From Pseudomonadales bacterium (GTDB lineage Bacteria; Pseudomonadota; Gammaproteobacteria; Pseudomonadales; Azotimanducaceae): a stretch of DNA of 64,000 bases. Of this stretch, positions 18,093-28,019 are shown piece by piece; position 1 is the stretch's first letter, and the number at the start of each line of letters is the position of its first letter. The notes under the pieces are model-generated. The model did not search any database and was not told the origin of the DNA. It saw only the letters and a list, made by a program, of their open reading frames with translations. The position numbers and the translations under genes are program-made. The DNA lies in contig JASMJM010000173.1 of NCBI GenBank assembly GCA_030749725.1, positions 4,521-68,520 on the forward strand. Direction: 5' to 3'.

Positions 18093-21038
18093 CTACTGGT
18101 TTTGCCAGCTGACGCTCAAGCCAATTTGCCTTGGTTCCACCATGGTTCCATAGGGGCTACCGGTGCCTTCACGGGGCGACCACATCGATATGGCGGCCTC
18201 ATCCAGCAGGTTCTGAGCGAAAGCGGTCACCGTCCATGCCGAGTTCGCCAGCCGCCAGTTTGCACGAAGGTCCCATCTGGTATAGGAAGGTACGGCGTAT
18301 GCGTCGAAATTCCCCAATTCCACATACTTCTTACTGCGGTGGTTGACAATCGTCAGCAGTTCCAGGGTTCCCATTTCTGCCGGGATTGGCACGTCATAGG
18401 CCAACGTCAACGAACCCTTGTGCTCTGGCTGATTGGCAAGCTGGTTGCCACCCAGTTCGACCGGATCGGCCGACCCAAAAATCCATGAACTCTGCGCATT
18501 GCCATTGCCATCGACCCATGGGAGTTCAATCCAGCCGCCGGCCTCACCGGGAACTGCGAATGGATAGAGCGACGGGTAGTCGCCGACACTCGTGTCCAGG
18601 TAGTTGTAGAACCCACGTACTGACAGCGAGTCGGTAATGCGCCAGGCACCCTCCAACTCGATACCGTGAATCTCGGTCCCGGAGATAGGCGTGATTTCAC
18701 TGGTCAACGGGCCACTGTTGGGATCTATGGCGATCTCCGCTTCAGTCTTCAACCGGCTCGCGTACATCCAGTGACTTTCAAAATCCTGGAAGAAATAGGA
18801 GGCCTGTAACTGCAGGGCGTTATCGAGAAACATCCCCTTGAGACCGACTTCGTAGTTGGTCAACTCTTCGGCCTCAAACTGCCATGGTGCCTGGCTCGTA
18901 CCATAGCCATAGGAGCCACCGGCCCGGTATCCCGTGGAGATGCGACCATATACCATAATGTCGTCATTGGGTCGGAACTCGGTCCCAACATTCCAGGTGA
19001 TATCATCCCAGTTCATATCTCCCCTGCCTGCGTAATTGTCGATGCTCGAATCGTGCGGACCCGCCCTCACAACAGCGAAGCAATCGTCGGAGACAGCATC
19101 GCTGCACAGGGTACCATCGGCCTGGTAGCCTTCGACGTAGGCATACATGGACTGTGTACGATCCTTATCGTCCTCGTCTTTTCGAATGCCGCCAAACACC
19201 GTCCATAGGTCATTGACCACATATTCGGTATTCAAGTAAGCACCCCACATTTCATAGTCTGCGCTGCCAAAAAAAGCCCAGCCAAAGCCGTCCAGGTTGG
19301 CACTGAAACTATTGTCCCCGGTGTCGCCATAGGCGGAAATCCCCGGTGCGCCTGCGCAAGCGTAGGAGTATGCCCCGGTCCCCACGTGGGCCATGGCATC
19401 CGAATCCGTATCGATGTCTCTGAACAACTGGCTGGTGCCACCGCTCAACGTACCGCCGCTTCCCCAGAGCCCTGCAAGCGCCGCTTCACATTGAGCGAGG
19501 TTGTCCTCGTACAAATAATCTTGCGCCGCTGAACCGTGGTCAGGGCCTGAATAGAAGTTGGGTTCCTCGCCCTCCATCGTCACGTATCCGAGGGTGAAGT
19601 TAAAGGGTCCATCGAAGTCGGAGGTCAGGGTGATTTCGTGGCTCGTCTGCGTGGATGTAAAAACGGAGTACAGGTAGGTGTCACTGAAAGTGCCGTTGCC
19701 ACCGCCATCCAGCGCACAGTAGCGGCTGGTCTGACCTTCTGTGAGCTGAGCAACCGCACCAACCACGGCTGTGCCTGGTTCCAGCCAGTTGCCACTCCCC
19801 TCCGGAATCTCGACCCAGTCGGCGTACACCGGCACCGCTACCTTGGGATGCTCCGCAGGGCAGACACCGCCGCCCGTGCGGTTGCCCTGGTCGGTATCGT
19901 TGGTGTTACGCTGCGCGACGTCGCGCCAACCGAACTTGTAGTTGAGAGTCAGCGTATCGTTGAGGGCAAAAAGCACATCAAGCGAGGCGTTTTCAGCTTC
20001 ATTGTCCTGTTCGAGCGGTGCCTTAAAGGCGACTTCCCATTGCATGTCATCTGGATCACAGATGATATTGAGTTCATCCCGGGTACCATCGGAGTTGATG
20101 TTGCTACATTTTTCCGTGGCCGGGTTTGCCGGGTTCCCAAAGAACGGGTTCCTTTGACACACCGACTCTCCGGTCACGGGGTCCGTAACCGTCAGGCATT
20201 CCCCGGTCGCGTCATTCAATATGTATTGGTCTACCGTATTCACGCTGCCGAGGGGAAGCGAGGAATGTGGCGTGCCCCGGTCCGTCTGTCTGGAATAGCG
20301 TGCGGTGATGTCCCAGCGATCGTTTTTCCAGCGCAACTGTGGTGCAAAGATGGTCTGATCCGGTTCGCCCACATCAGGTCCAAAGCCGATATTGTCAATC
20401 GTACCGTCTCCGGTCCATCTGCCGAGACCCAATCGGTAGCTGAAGCCACTGTCACTGATCGGGCCGCCAAAGGCTACCCGCATGCGTTGGGTAGTCTGAT
20501 CCGTAAACTCCGCCTCGGTCCTCACATCGAAGACATCAGTCGGCTTCCGGGTGTGGAAGCTGATCGACCCGCCAATGGCTGCCCGGCCACCGGTAGTGCC
20601 CTGTGGGCCTCGCGCGACCTCGACGCGCTCGACATCGAACATGCCGTCACTGCCATAGGTCTGGTCGGTCCAAACGCCATCGATATATACGGCGACTGAT
20701 GTGTCGCTGAAGAAGTTGACGCTTCGCTCGGAGCCGAGACCCCGCATATAGTAGTGGTCATCTTCCATTTTACCGCCGCCCTGGCTGCGGTTGCCTATCT
20801 GCAAGCCCGGTACGAGGACCTCGAGGTCCTGTTCATTCTGGATGCCAAGTTGCTCGATCATCTGCTGGTTGAAGCCGGTTACTGTCATGGCTCTATCCAA
20901 GACGTTTACTTCTCCCCGTTCACCCTGAACGATGATCTCCTCGATGTATTGTCCTTCCTCGGCCTCTTCAGCCAAGACAGCTGGTAATACCGTAAAGCAC
21001 AGCACTGGACCCAGTGCGAACAGCAGCAGTCTCTTCAT
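18093..21038 (-). CDS. TonB-dependent receptor
   Basis: Start chosen at MKRLLLFALGPVLCFTVLPAVLA (signal peptide). Plug-region motifs (EEIIVQG, VERVEVARGPQG) and a long beta-barrel with alternating aromatic pattern. Confidence 0.85.
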   Translation of the reverse strand: MKRLLLFALGPVLCFTVLPAVLAEEAEEGQYIEEIIVQGERGEVNVLDRAMTVTGFNQQMIEQLGIQNEQDLEVLVPGLQIGNRSQGGGKMEDDHYYMRGLGSERSVNFFSDTSVAVYIDGVWTDQTYGSDGMFDVERVEVARGPQGTTGGRAAIGGSISFHTRKPTDVFDVRTEAEFTDQTTQRMRVAFGGPISDSGFSYRLGLGRWTGDGTIDNIGFGPDVGEPDQTIFAPQLRWKNDRWDITARYSRQTDRGTPHSSLPLGSVNTVDQYILNDATGECLTVTDPVTGESVCQRNPFFGNPANPATEKCSNINSDGTRDELNIICDPDDMQWEVAFKAPLEQDNEAENASLDVLFALNDTLTLNYKFGWRDVAQRNTNDTDQGNRTGGGVCPAEHPKVAVPVYADWVEIPEGSGNWLEPGTAVVGAVAQLTEGQTSRYCALDGGGNGTFSDTYLYSVFTSTQTSHEITLTSDFDGPFNFTLGYVTMEGEEPNFYSGPDHGSAAQDYLYEDNLAQCEAALAGLWGSGGTLSGGTSQLFRDIDTDSDAMAHVGTGAYSYACAGAPGISAYGDTGDNSFSANLDGFGWAFFGSADYEMWGAYLNTEYVVNDLWTVFGGIRKDEDDKDRTQSMYAYVEGYQADGTLCSDAVSDDCFAVVRAGPHDSSIDNYAGRGDMNWDDITWNVGTEFRPNDDIMVYGRISTGYRAGGSYGYGTSQAPWQFEAEELTNYEVGLKGMFLDNALQLQASYFFQDFESHWMYASRLKTEAEIAIDPNSGPLTSEITPISGTEIHGIELEGAWRITDSLSVRGFYNYLDTSVGDYPSLYPFAVPGEAGGWIELPWVDGNGNAQSSWIFGSADPVELGGNQLANQPEHKGSLTLAYDVPIPAEMGTLELLTIVNHRSKKYVELGNFDAYAVPSYTRWDLRANWRLANSAWTVTAFAQNLLDEAAISMWSPREGTGSPYGTMVEPRQIGLSVSWQNQ

Positions 21039-21599
21039 AAGGTTGCCCCTTGTTTCTCTATCGTGAATCGCATGAGTGTCAATCTGACACGCGACAAATG
21101 TCGCTCTTTTTCCCAACAAAATCAACCTCTTTGGTTGCCAGAATTGGTCCAGTCTCCACATCAGAACAAAACTATAGATGGAGTTCCCCCATTTTTTCGA
21201 CGATCTAATGGATATGATGTCGGGAAATGGTCATCAATTAACATGAGAGACATCATGCTGGCGCTACGCTGCCATGATGCACCAGGCCAAGAGCCATATT
21301 CTCGAGTGCTCACAACCGGTTGACCAGGATCCGACTATGTTTTCCGGCCCGGCGGCAGTTGACTTATCCCAATGCAACATTCCGGTAATCTGTCATGTTA
21401 CAGGCTGCTGACCCAACGACTCGATACGGCGCCGCTCGTGTATGTGGAATTGGGTGATGTTCTTGACACTGATTTGGTAGTTTCAACCATGCAGGTGCTA
21501 TATTGCTCACAGATACAGCAGGGGCGAGATTCCCCATACTCATACCATGGCCGAACAGATCGTCTTCGTGTCAATATTTCCCCTTCCAGGAGATCCAGC

Positions 21600-22376
21600 G
21601 TGTCCAGATTTGAAATCAAAGATAAGGTAGCCGTTGTAACCGGTGGTGCCGGTGGCATAGGTACGTGCATTTCACAGGCATACGCGAACGCCGGTGCAAA
21701 AGTCGTGGTCGCCAGCCGGAATCAGGAGAACCTTGATAAGGTGGCGGCCGAGATCGTCGAGTCCGGGGGTGAGGCAATGGCCGTTGTTGTCGACATCACT
21801 AAACCGGAACAGGTCGACAAACTGATCGCAGCGACCGTCGACAAGTACGGCAGTCTGGACATCATGGTCAATAACGCCGGTGGCGGATCACGGATGCAGA
21901 AGGCAGAAGATACCCCCTACGACGAGTGGGTGCGATTGATCGACTTCAACCTGACCGGCACGTTCATCTGCTGCATGGCTGCCGGCAAACAAATGATCAA
22001 ACAGAAAGGCGGCAATATAATCAACATATCTTCCATTGCCGGCACCAAGGGAAATCCCGGTATGCTGCACTACTCGGCCGCCAAGGCCGGAGTTAACAGT
22101 CTGACCAACAACCTGGCTTTTATGTGGTCCGGACACAATATCCGGGTTAACTGTATCCTTCCCGGCTTGATCGCGACGCCTCTGCTCCGGCAATACAAGG
22201 TTATCCCCCCCGACACAGACAAGGACGGCAATCCGGTACCAAGATTATCCCTGCCGCCAGAGCCGGAAGAAGTCGCCGACCTGGCTTTGTTCCTGGCTTC
22301 GGATGCATCGGAAGGCATTACCGGCGAGCAGATACCGATCAGGAGATGGATGCGGTCAGAACGCCACTGGGAATGA
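21600..22376 (+). CDS. SDR family oxidoreductase (SDR-1)
   Basis: GTG at 21600 after AGGAGA gives MSRFEIKDKVAVVTGGAGGIG. Also NNAG and a YSAAK catalytic motif. The ORF extension back to 21372 has no SDR similarity. Confidence 0.85.
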   Translation: MSRFEIKDKVAVVTGGAGGIGTCISQAYANAGAKVVVASRNQENLDKVAAEIVESGGEAMAVVVDITKPEQVDKLIAATVDKYGSLDIMVNNAGGGSRMQKAEDTPYDEWVRLIDFNLTGTFICCMAAGKQMIKQKGGNIINISSIAGTKGNPGMLHYSAAKAGVNSLTNNLAFMWSGHNIRVNCILPGLIATPLLRQYKVIPPDTDKDGNPVPRLSLPPEPEEVADLALFLASDASEGITGEQIPIRRWMRSERHWE

Positions 22377-22480
22377 CCGGATCGGCGGGCGGATATTTAT
22401 GATGACCGCATGCGGTCAGAACACCACCGGGAATAACATGATCGGCGGGCGGATATCTATGATGCCCGCATGCGAGCAAG
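22351..22480. repeat. 60-bp tandem direct repeat, about 2.2 units
   Basis: Unit 1 is 22351-22410 and unit 2 is 22411-22470 (about 90% identical); a partial third unit starts at 22471. The unit1/unit2 junction forms the perfect 16-bp palindrome TGACCGCATGCGGTCA. Confidence 0.9.
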
Positions 22481-23731
22481 CCCACGGGAGAACAGATCGG
22501 GCTCCCCTATTGCCCCTGCTTTCAATAACAGGGAGATGGGCTCGGGCTTTTCTGCATGGCAGTAGCCCCCACCCAGATCATCGAATGACGAGACCACCAC
22601 CTCTTTGATACCAAGGGCATCAAAGACCTGTCCGGATGTCTCGCCACCGGCCACGACAAACTTTCGTGCACCGAGATCATACAGTTTTTTGGCAACCCGC
22701 CCGGTGATGCTATCTGCCAATTGGGCGGCTTCCTTTACGCCGAGAGCAGCCTGGATCTTTTTCAGATTGGCTACTGTGTCTGACGTTGCTATCGCAATGG
22801 GACCTTGGTCGAGATGCGGCTTTGCCCAGTCGATGATGCGACTGACGATATCGCTATCTTCGGCGGCTTCGAGCAGATTAACACGAAACAACGGATGACG
22901 TTTCTCGAAGTAGTCCAGTTGGCTGAGTGTCGCCTGGGCGCAACTACCCGCCAGTATCACTTCATGCCCGCTGGCGGCAGGCAATTCGTTGCGTAGCGGT
23001 TTTTTACTCTTTGCTGACCCTTGTTTCCATACCCTGGCAAGGAACACCGGCATTGCATCGGCACCTGACGTGCACGCCCAGTCACCAACCAGTTCGGCAC
23101 AGCGCACAACATCGTCATCATCCACCGCATCCACCAAAAAGAAATTAGTCCCCTTGACGATCTGCGCTTCTATAGCAGCCTCAGCAGCCTCACGCCCAGC
23201 GTGCAGGACCGTATGGGAGATAAGACCAACTTTCTTGCTGGTTTGGCGCTGCAGAACTTTTACCAGGTTAGCATCCTTCATGGGTGTGACCGGATCGTAT
23301 TGTTTGAAGGTGTCGGACATAAGATAGGGCCCGAGAAACATATGACCGTGGAAGACTGTGACGCTGTATTCCGGAAAGGCGGGACAGAAGACCATGCGGT
23401 CAGCACCCATGGCTTCCATCAGCATTTCGCCGCAGGGACCGATATTGCCATCATCGGTTGAGTCAAAGGTTGCACAGTATTTGTAATACAGTCGCCTGGC
23501 GCCTGCCTCGCGCAAGGCTGCCGCTGCATCCTTAACCACCTTTTTCGCATCTGCTGCCGGTATGAGTCGGAATTTGCTGGCAAATACCACCGCATCTGCA
23601 CCCGGATCAAGTCGTTCCAACTGATCCAGTGAGGTGATCAGAGGACAGGTTACTCCCTCCCGTTCCAGCAAACTTGCGATCATCATCCCGCCGGTCAAAT
23701 CATCTGCAATCCCTGCCAATTCGAGCGTCAT
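22457..23731 (-). CDS. four-carbon acid sugar kinase family protein (DUF1537; OtnK/DtnK-like)
   Basis: Start chosen at MTLELAGIADDLTGG (GAGGAGAG RBS); this is the typical N-terminal ADDLTG motif. About 424 aa, as in the family. Confidence 0.75.
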   Translation of the reverse strand: MTLELAGIADDLTGGMMIASLLEREGVTCPLITSLDQLERLDPGADAVVFASKFRLIPAADAKKVVKDAAAALREAGARRLYYKYCATFDSTDDGNIGPCGEMLMEAMGADRMVFCPAFPEYSVTVFHGHMFLGPYLMSDTFKQYDPVTPMKDANLVKVLQRQTSKKVGLISHTVLHAGREAAEAAIEAQIVKGTNFFLVDAVDDDDVVRCAELVGDWACTSGADAMPVFLARVWKQGSAKSKKPLRNELPAASGHEVILAGSCAQATLSQLDYFEKRHPLFRVNLLEAAEDSDIVSRIIDWAKPHLDQGPIAIATSDTVANLKKIQAALGVKEAAQLADSITGRVAKKLYDLGARKFVVAGGETSGQVFDALGIKEVVVSSFDDLGGGYCHAEKPEPISLLLKAGAIGEPDLFSRGLARMRAS

Positions 23732-23950
23732 AGCTCTCTCCTCGATTCCCTTTATCAAGCATGGATCATAACAAGATAAGAGACACAGATATAAGCTGTC
23801 GGCGCAGGAGTTCACCCAATACTCCGCTCCTGGAATGACGAACCGTGGGGAAATTGGGTGAACTACGCTACTGGCGAATTGACTCACTTCCGCAAACTAC
23901 TTATAACTCAGTTCTGCAGGAGAATATCACCCCGTGTTACAGGAGTAGCC

Positions 23951-25948
23951 GTGACCGAAGAAGTAGACGAGGGTTCCCCTGGGCTAACCCTGAAAACAAC
24001 TGGCAAACTCATCCTGCGTACCTGGCCGTATTACAGGCCCCAGTTAAAACATGTGATTACCTTCCTGCTCCTCAATATGTTCATGGGTGCGCTGCTGGGT
24101 GGCGCAACCTTTGTTGGATATGATCTCCTCAATAACAAAGTCTTCTTAGGTAAGTCCCTGCAACCCCTCCAGGCAGTTATTCTGGGGCTGGACGAGAGTT
24201 ATGTTCAGACCGGGGAGCCCGGTGACGCGGGGCCCGGCGCTGGTCAGGCCCAGGAGAATTCCGGTACCGAATCGGCAGACGTGTTTCTGTCAGACGATCA
24301 GAGACGCACCGTTCTATACAGAATGCTGGTCTGGGGTGCTGTCATCGGTGTCATGCTGATGGCTTCTCTTTCAGGGGTCTACTACTACATGGTTTGGATA
24401 CAGCAACGTATCAATCAGCATCTCAGGGTGACGATGCTGGAGCGCGCAGAAAACCTGTCTTTGAAGTTCCATGACCAGGCCCAAACCGGTGATGCGATCT
24501 ACCGGGTATATCAGGACAGCGCCACCATCACAAACGTCCTGCTGGAACTGATCACCAGACCCATGCGTATGATCGCCACGATGCTGTTCCTGGTGGTTGT
24601 GCTTACCTTCTTCAGTCCCTGGCTTGGCCTTCTGATCCTAATCGCCGTCATACCAGTCAGCTGCATGTTTCTGTTTTTTACGCCGAGAATACAAAGGCGC
24701 TCGAGACAGGCACGTGCGTCCAATAGCAATCTGACATCACGCATTCAAAGCGTGTTCGCAGCGATCAAGGTAATCAAGGCAAATCGCTCCGAGGGAATGG
24801 TAATCGAACAATTCAAGTTGGACTCACAGCTGGCACTGGACGCAGCATTTCATCTGCGTCTTGAAAATATCCTGCTAAGCACGGGCGTTATCATACTGAC
24901 GGTGGCCATATTGCTGCTGGCTGAATACCTGATGGCCGGCTGGGGTATTGCAGAGAAAGCCACCTATCTGGGAGGCGTAGTGGCACTGGTGGGGTTTGCC
25001 AGCTGGAACCTGGGTGCCTATCAGTCCGCTTCCAGCTCTGCTTCTGAAATGACCAGGCACAGCAGAGACCTCGTGAATGTCTGGGCAGCAGCGCAGGATC
25101 TGTCCGTGGGCCTTGAGCGGGCCTTTTACCTTTTGGACCAGGAACCCGAAGTGGTGGAAGCGGAACAGACGGTGGGCTTCCCGACGCCAATTCGGCAGGT
25201 CTCCTGGCAGGAAACCGGCTTTGCATACAAAACCGGGCAGCCGGTATTGAAGGGCGTAAATCTGCAGGCGAAAGCAGGATCGATCACCGCGATCGTCGGT
25301 ACTACTGGCGCAGGTAAGTCCACCCTGATGTCCTTGCTCCTGCGGCTATACGATCCTGACTCGGGGAGCATTCTCGTCAATGATACCAACATCAGGGACT
25401 TGGCCCTGGCCGACTTACGATCCAATGCTGCCATTGCGTTGCAGCAGAACGTGTTGTTCGCAACTACGGTCGCCGAGAATATCGCCTACGCTACACAGAA
25501 TGCATCACGCGCGGACATTGAAGCCGCAGCTGCGGTCGCTTGCGCCAACACATTTGTCGAGGAGATGCCACAGGGCTACGACACCGAACTCGGTGAGCGA
25601 GGCGGCAAATTGTCCACCGGGCAACGGCAACGCCTATCTATTGCCCGGGCCATTCTGCGCGACACGCCCGTTTTGATATTGGATGAACCCACTGCATCAC
25701 TTGATGCCAGGACCGAGCACGAAGTGCTGGAGAATCTGGCCGACTGGGGCAAGCATCGGGTGGTCTTTCTTATTACCCATAGACTGTCGACGATTCGCAA
25801 TGCCGACCAGATAGCATTCCTCGAAGATGGCCGGATCGTTGAAATGGGAAGTCATGACGAACTCATGAAACTCGGGGATGGTCGCTATCGCAGGTTTGTT
25901 AACGCTGAAGTTGAAGGGGTGGTAACTGCAGAAGGCAGTGAGTCATGA
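23951..25948 (+). CDS. ABC exporter fused permease/ATPase, subunit A1
   Basis: GTG at 23951 after AGGAG. Hydrophobic N-terminal half. Walker A GTTGAGKST, signature LSTGQRQR, Walker B ILILDEPTASLD, H-loop ITHRLST. Confidence 0.85.
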   Translation: MTEEVDEGSPGLTLKTTGKLILRTWPYYRPQLKHVITFLLLNMFMGALLGGATFVGYDLLNNKVFLGKSLQPLQAVILGLDESYVQTGEPGDAGPGAGQAQENSGTESADVFLSDDQRRTVLYRMLVWGAVIGVMLMASLSGVYYYMVWIQQRINQHLRVTMLERAENLSLKFHDQAQTGDAIYRVYQDSATITNVLLELITRPMRMIATMLFLVVVLTFFSPWLGLLILIAVIPVSCMFLFFTPRIQRRSRQARASNSNLTSRIQSVFAAIKVIKANRSEGMVIEQFKLDSQLALDAAFHLRLENILLSTGVIILTVAILLLAEYLMAGWGIAEKATYLGGVVALVGFASWNLGAYQSASSSASEMTRHSRDLVNVWAAAQDLSVGLERAFYLLDQEPEVVEAEQTVGFPTPIRQVSWQETGFAYKTGQPVLKGVNLQAKAGSITAIVGTTGAGKSTLMSLLLRLYDPDSGSILVNDTNIRDLALADLRSNAAIALQQNVLFATTVAENIAYATQNASRADIEAAAAVACANTFVEEMPQGYDTELGERGGKLSTGQRQRLSIARAILRDTPVLILDEPTASLDARTEHEVLENLADWGKHRVVFLITHRLSTIRNADQIAFLEDGRIVEMGSHDELMKLGDGRYRRFVNAEVEGVVTAEGSES

Positions 25949-27945
25949 GCGAAGCAGCACTTGCCACATCCACCACTGACAAATTGGCTTTCGATGATCG
26001 CGTAGATACCTCAACTGATATCTCATCCCTTGCATCACTCAAACTGCTTGGCCGTTCTTTGAATCTATTGAAAGATGTCAAACTTCTGTTCGCTGGCAAA
26101 TTTGTGTTTGCTGCTGTATCCATGTTCCCGGCTTTGGTAATCCCGTGGGTAGCCAAGATCATCATCGATCAGGTGCTGTTGCAGAAACCATTCGGCACAA
26201 CAGATGTTCGTTTCCCGCCATTCATGGACCCCTTTATTGACCTGGTTGGCGACATGGGCCCCATGGGAATCATGGCAGCGATTGTCCTCATGTATGGGCT
26301 ATTGCTTGTTCTATTCGGCACACGAGGCCCTGGCGGTGGCACTTACGTTTATCTGCCACAAGGCCAGGACTCTGCAACGCAATCGGAAGCCACGCTCAGT
26401 CAAGGCAGCAGCACAGCCGGAGGAATCTGGGGACTGTCTGAGATGATGGTCAACATACGATTGACTCAGCGCATGGCCAACAACTTGCGTACGCGGTTAT
26501 TTGAACGATTGACGCATCTTCCCATGACAACACTGGACGATCATCGCATTGGCGATTCTGTATACCGCGTCATGTATGACACACCACAGGTATCGGGCAT
26601 CTGCTACACCCTGACAATTACACCGGTACTCACCATTGCATTTGCAGCAATCTCACTCTACCTCATGCAATACAGCTATGGCGAAGTAGCGCCCGAATTG
26701 GTGTGGATTGCAGGTGGATTGATCCCGTTCGCGCTCGTCGTTACATTTCCGTTATCGGGTATTGCCAGGCGCCTTAATCAGGCAAGTCGTGCATCGGGTA
26801 CGGCCACCACCAATGCCATTGAAGAGAGCATGGATAATATCGCTGCGGTGCAGAGTCTGGGTGGCACTGAACAGGAAACGGAGAAATTCGAGGCCCGTAG
26901 CTCCGAGTCATTCAAACGATATCGATTGGTCTTCCTGTTCAACCAGATACTCTTTGTACTTGGCTTTATGTGCACTGGCGTTATGGGAATCTATGTGACC
27001 ATACAGATCGGCAACGGTATCATCGAAGGGATCATGTCGCCGGGTGACTTCGGTGTATTGATTGGACTGTTCTATTCTCTTGGTGCTGCTGCACTTCGAA
27101 TTGGTATGTATTGGATAACCCTGCAAAGTAATGTAGCAGCAGTGCGCAGAGTGTTCTTCTTTCTCGACTACAAGTCCGAAGATACCGACACAAAGGGCCA
27201 TACAATACCCCCAATTGAAACCGGCGTGACGCTGGATCACGTTGACTTCTCATACCCCAATCGACAGCAAGTGCTCAACGATATCAATCTTAAACTCTCG
27301 TTAGGTGAACTGATAGCAATTGTGGGGCCTACCGGCGCCGGCAAGACCAGTCTTGCATATTTGCTGCCGGGATTCCTACGGCCCACATCCGGTAGAATGC
27401 TGTTTGACGACACGGACGCAGCGAACGTAAACCTGGCCTCGTTGCGTGACCAGGTTTCCTATGTATTTCAGGAACACATACTGCTCGCCGAGTCCATTCG
27501 GGCTAATCTCCAACTGGCCAAGCCGCAGGCCACCGATGATGAAATCGTCACAGCATGCCGAACTGCGGGGGCGATGGAATTCATCAATACCTTGCCGGAT
27601 GGACTCGATACGATTCTGGGAAGATCCGGTGATACACTTTCAGTGGGGCAACAACAACGATTGTGCATCGCGCGGGGACTCATTCGGGACACCCGAATCC
27701 TGATCCTTGATGAACCCACAGCGGCCCTCGACCCGGAAACAGAAAATGCATTGGTGAGCGCACTGCTGGAAGCCGCCAAAGGGAAGCTGGTGATCATAAT
27801 TGCACACCGACTGTCAACTATTCGCAAAGCGGATCGCATCATTTTTCTCGAAGATGGCCAGGTGAAGGATGTCGGTAATCATGAGACACTCATGTCCCTT
27901 CCGGATGGCGCATATAAACAGTTCGTTGAATTGCAGAGCGGCTAG
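25945..27945 (+). CDS. ABC exporter fused permease/ATPase, subunit A2
   Basis: ATGA overlap with A1. GPTGAGKTS, LSVGQQQR, ILILDEPTAALD, IAHRLST. Confidence 0.85.
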   Translation: MSEAALATSTTDKLAFDDRVDTSTDISSLASLKLLGRSLNLLKDVKLLFAGKFVFAAVSMFPALVIPWVAKIIIDQVLLQKPFGTTDVRFPPFMDPFIDLVGDMGPMGIMAAIVLMYGLLLVLFGTRGPGGGTYVYLPQGQDSATQSEATLSQGSSTAGGIWGLSEMMVNIRLTQRMANNLRTRLFERLTHLPMTTLDDHRIGDSVYRVMYDTPQVSGICYTLTITPVLTIAFAAISLYLMQYSYGEVAPELVWIAGGLIPFALVVTFPLSGIARRLNQASRASGTATTNAIEESMDNIAAVQSLGGTEQETEKFEARSSESFKRYRLVFLFNQILFVLGFMCTGVMGIYVTIQIGNGIIEGIMSPGDFGVLIGLFYSLGAAALRIGMYWITLQSNVAAVRRVFFFLDYKSEDTDTKGHTIPPIETGVTLDHVDFSYPNRQQVLNDINLKLSLGELIAIVGPTGAGKTSLAYLLPGFLRPTSGRMLFDDTDAANVNLASLRDQVSYVFQEHILLAESIRANLQLAKPQATDDEIVTACRTAGAMEFINTLPDGLDTILGRSGDTLSVGQQQRLCIARGLIRDTRILILDEPTAALDPETENALVSALLEAAKGKLVIIIAHRLSTIRKADRIIFLEDGQVKDVGNHETLMSLPDGAYKQFVELQSG

Positions 27946-28019
27946 CAGATCCGCGTACACGACTTCGGTGGCGATTGCAGGAATGAGCACGTGACCCCAC
28001 ACTCACTGGAACCCGGTGG

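Noticed and set aside
19638-20699. 353-aa plus-strand ORF inside the TonB-dependent receptor gene. Similar long antisense or alternative-frame ORFs occur at 34515-35624, 57319-58363, 62101-62859, 30229-30831, 15000-15530 and 12030-12509.
   Set aside because: - Each lies entirely within a gene with clear family motifs on the other strand or frame.
- Their translations are Arg/Gly/Ala/Pro-rich with no recognisable motifs.
- This is the usual shadow-ORF pattern in GC-rich coding DNA.
21039-21599. 560-bp divergent region upstream of the TonB-dependent receptor, checked for a cobalamin riboswitch B12 box, a Fur box or another leader.
   Set aside because: I could not find the conserved B12-box core or a GATAATGATAATCATTATC-like Fur site by eye. 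An Rfam/infernal scan would be needed to be sure.
21372-21599. N-terminal extensions suggested by the ORF track for several genes: 21372 for SDR-1, 23858 for A1, 53444 for PadR, 5355 for the cyclase, 47340, 46417..47406, 22457..23887 and 18093..21161.
   Set aside because: - The extensions lack family similarity and often overlap neighbouring genes.
- Internal starts with Shine-Dalgarno-like sequences reproduce the canonical N-termini: TGGAGGIG, ADDLTGG, and signal peptides.
22351-22480. Possible CRISPR array.
   Set aside because: The units are directly abutting 60-mers with no spacers, there are only about 2.2 copies, and no cas genes are in the window.
22303-22608. 101-aa ORF whose product contains a repeated peptide: CGQNATGNDRIGGRIFMMTA / CGQNTTGNNMIGGRISMMPA.
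   Set aside because: The repeat simply comes from translating the 60-bp tandem DNA repeat. The ORF overlaps the well-supported 3' ends of SDR-1 and the DUF1537 kinase and has no RBS or family signal.
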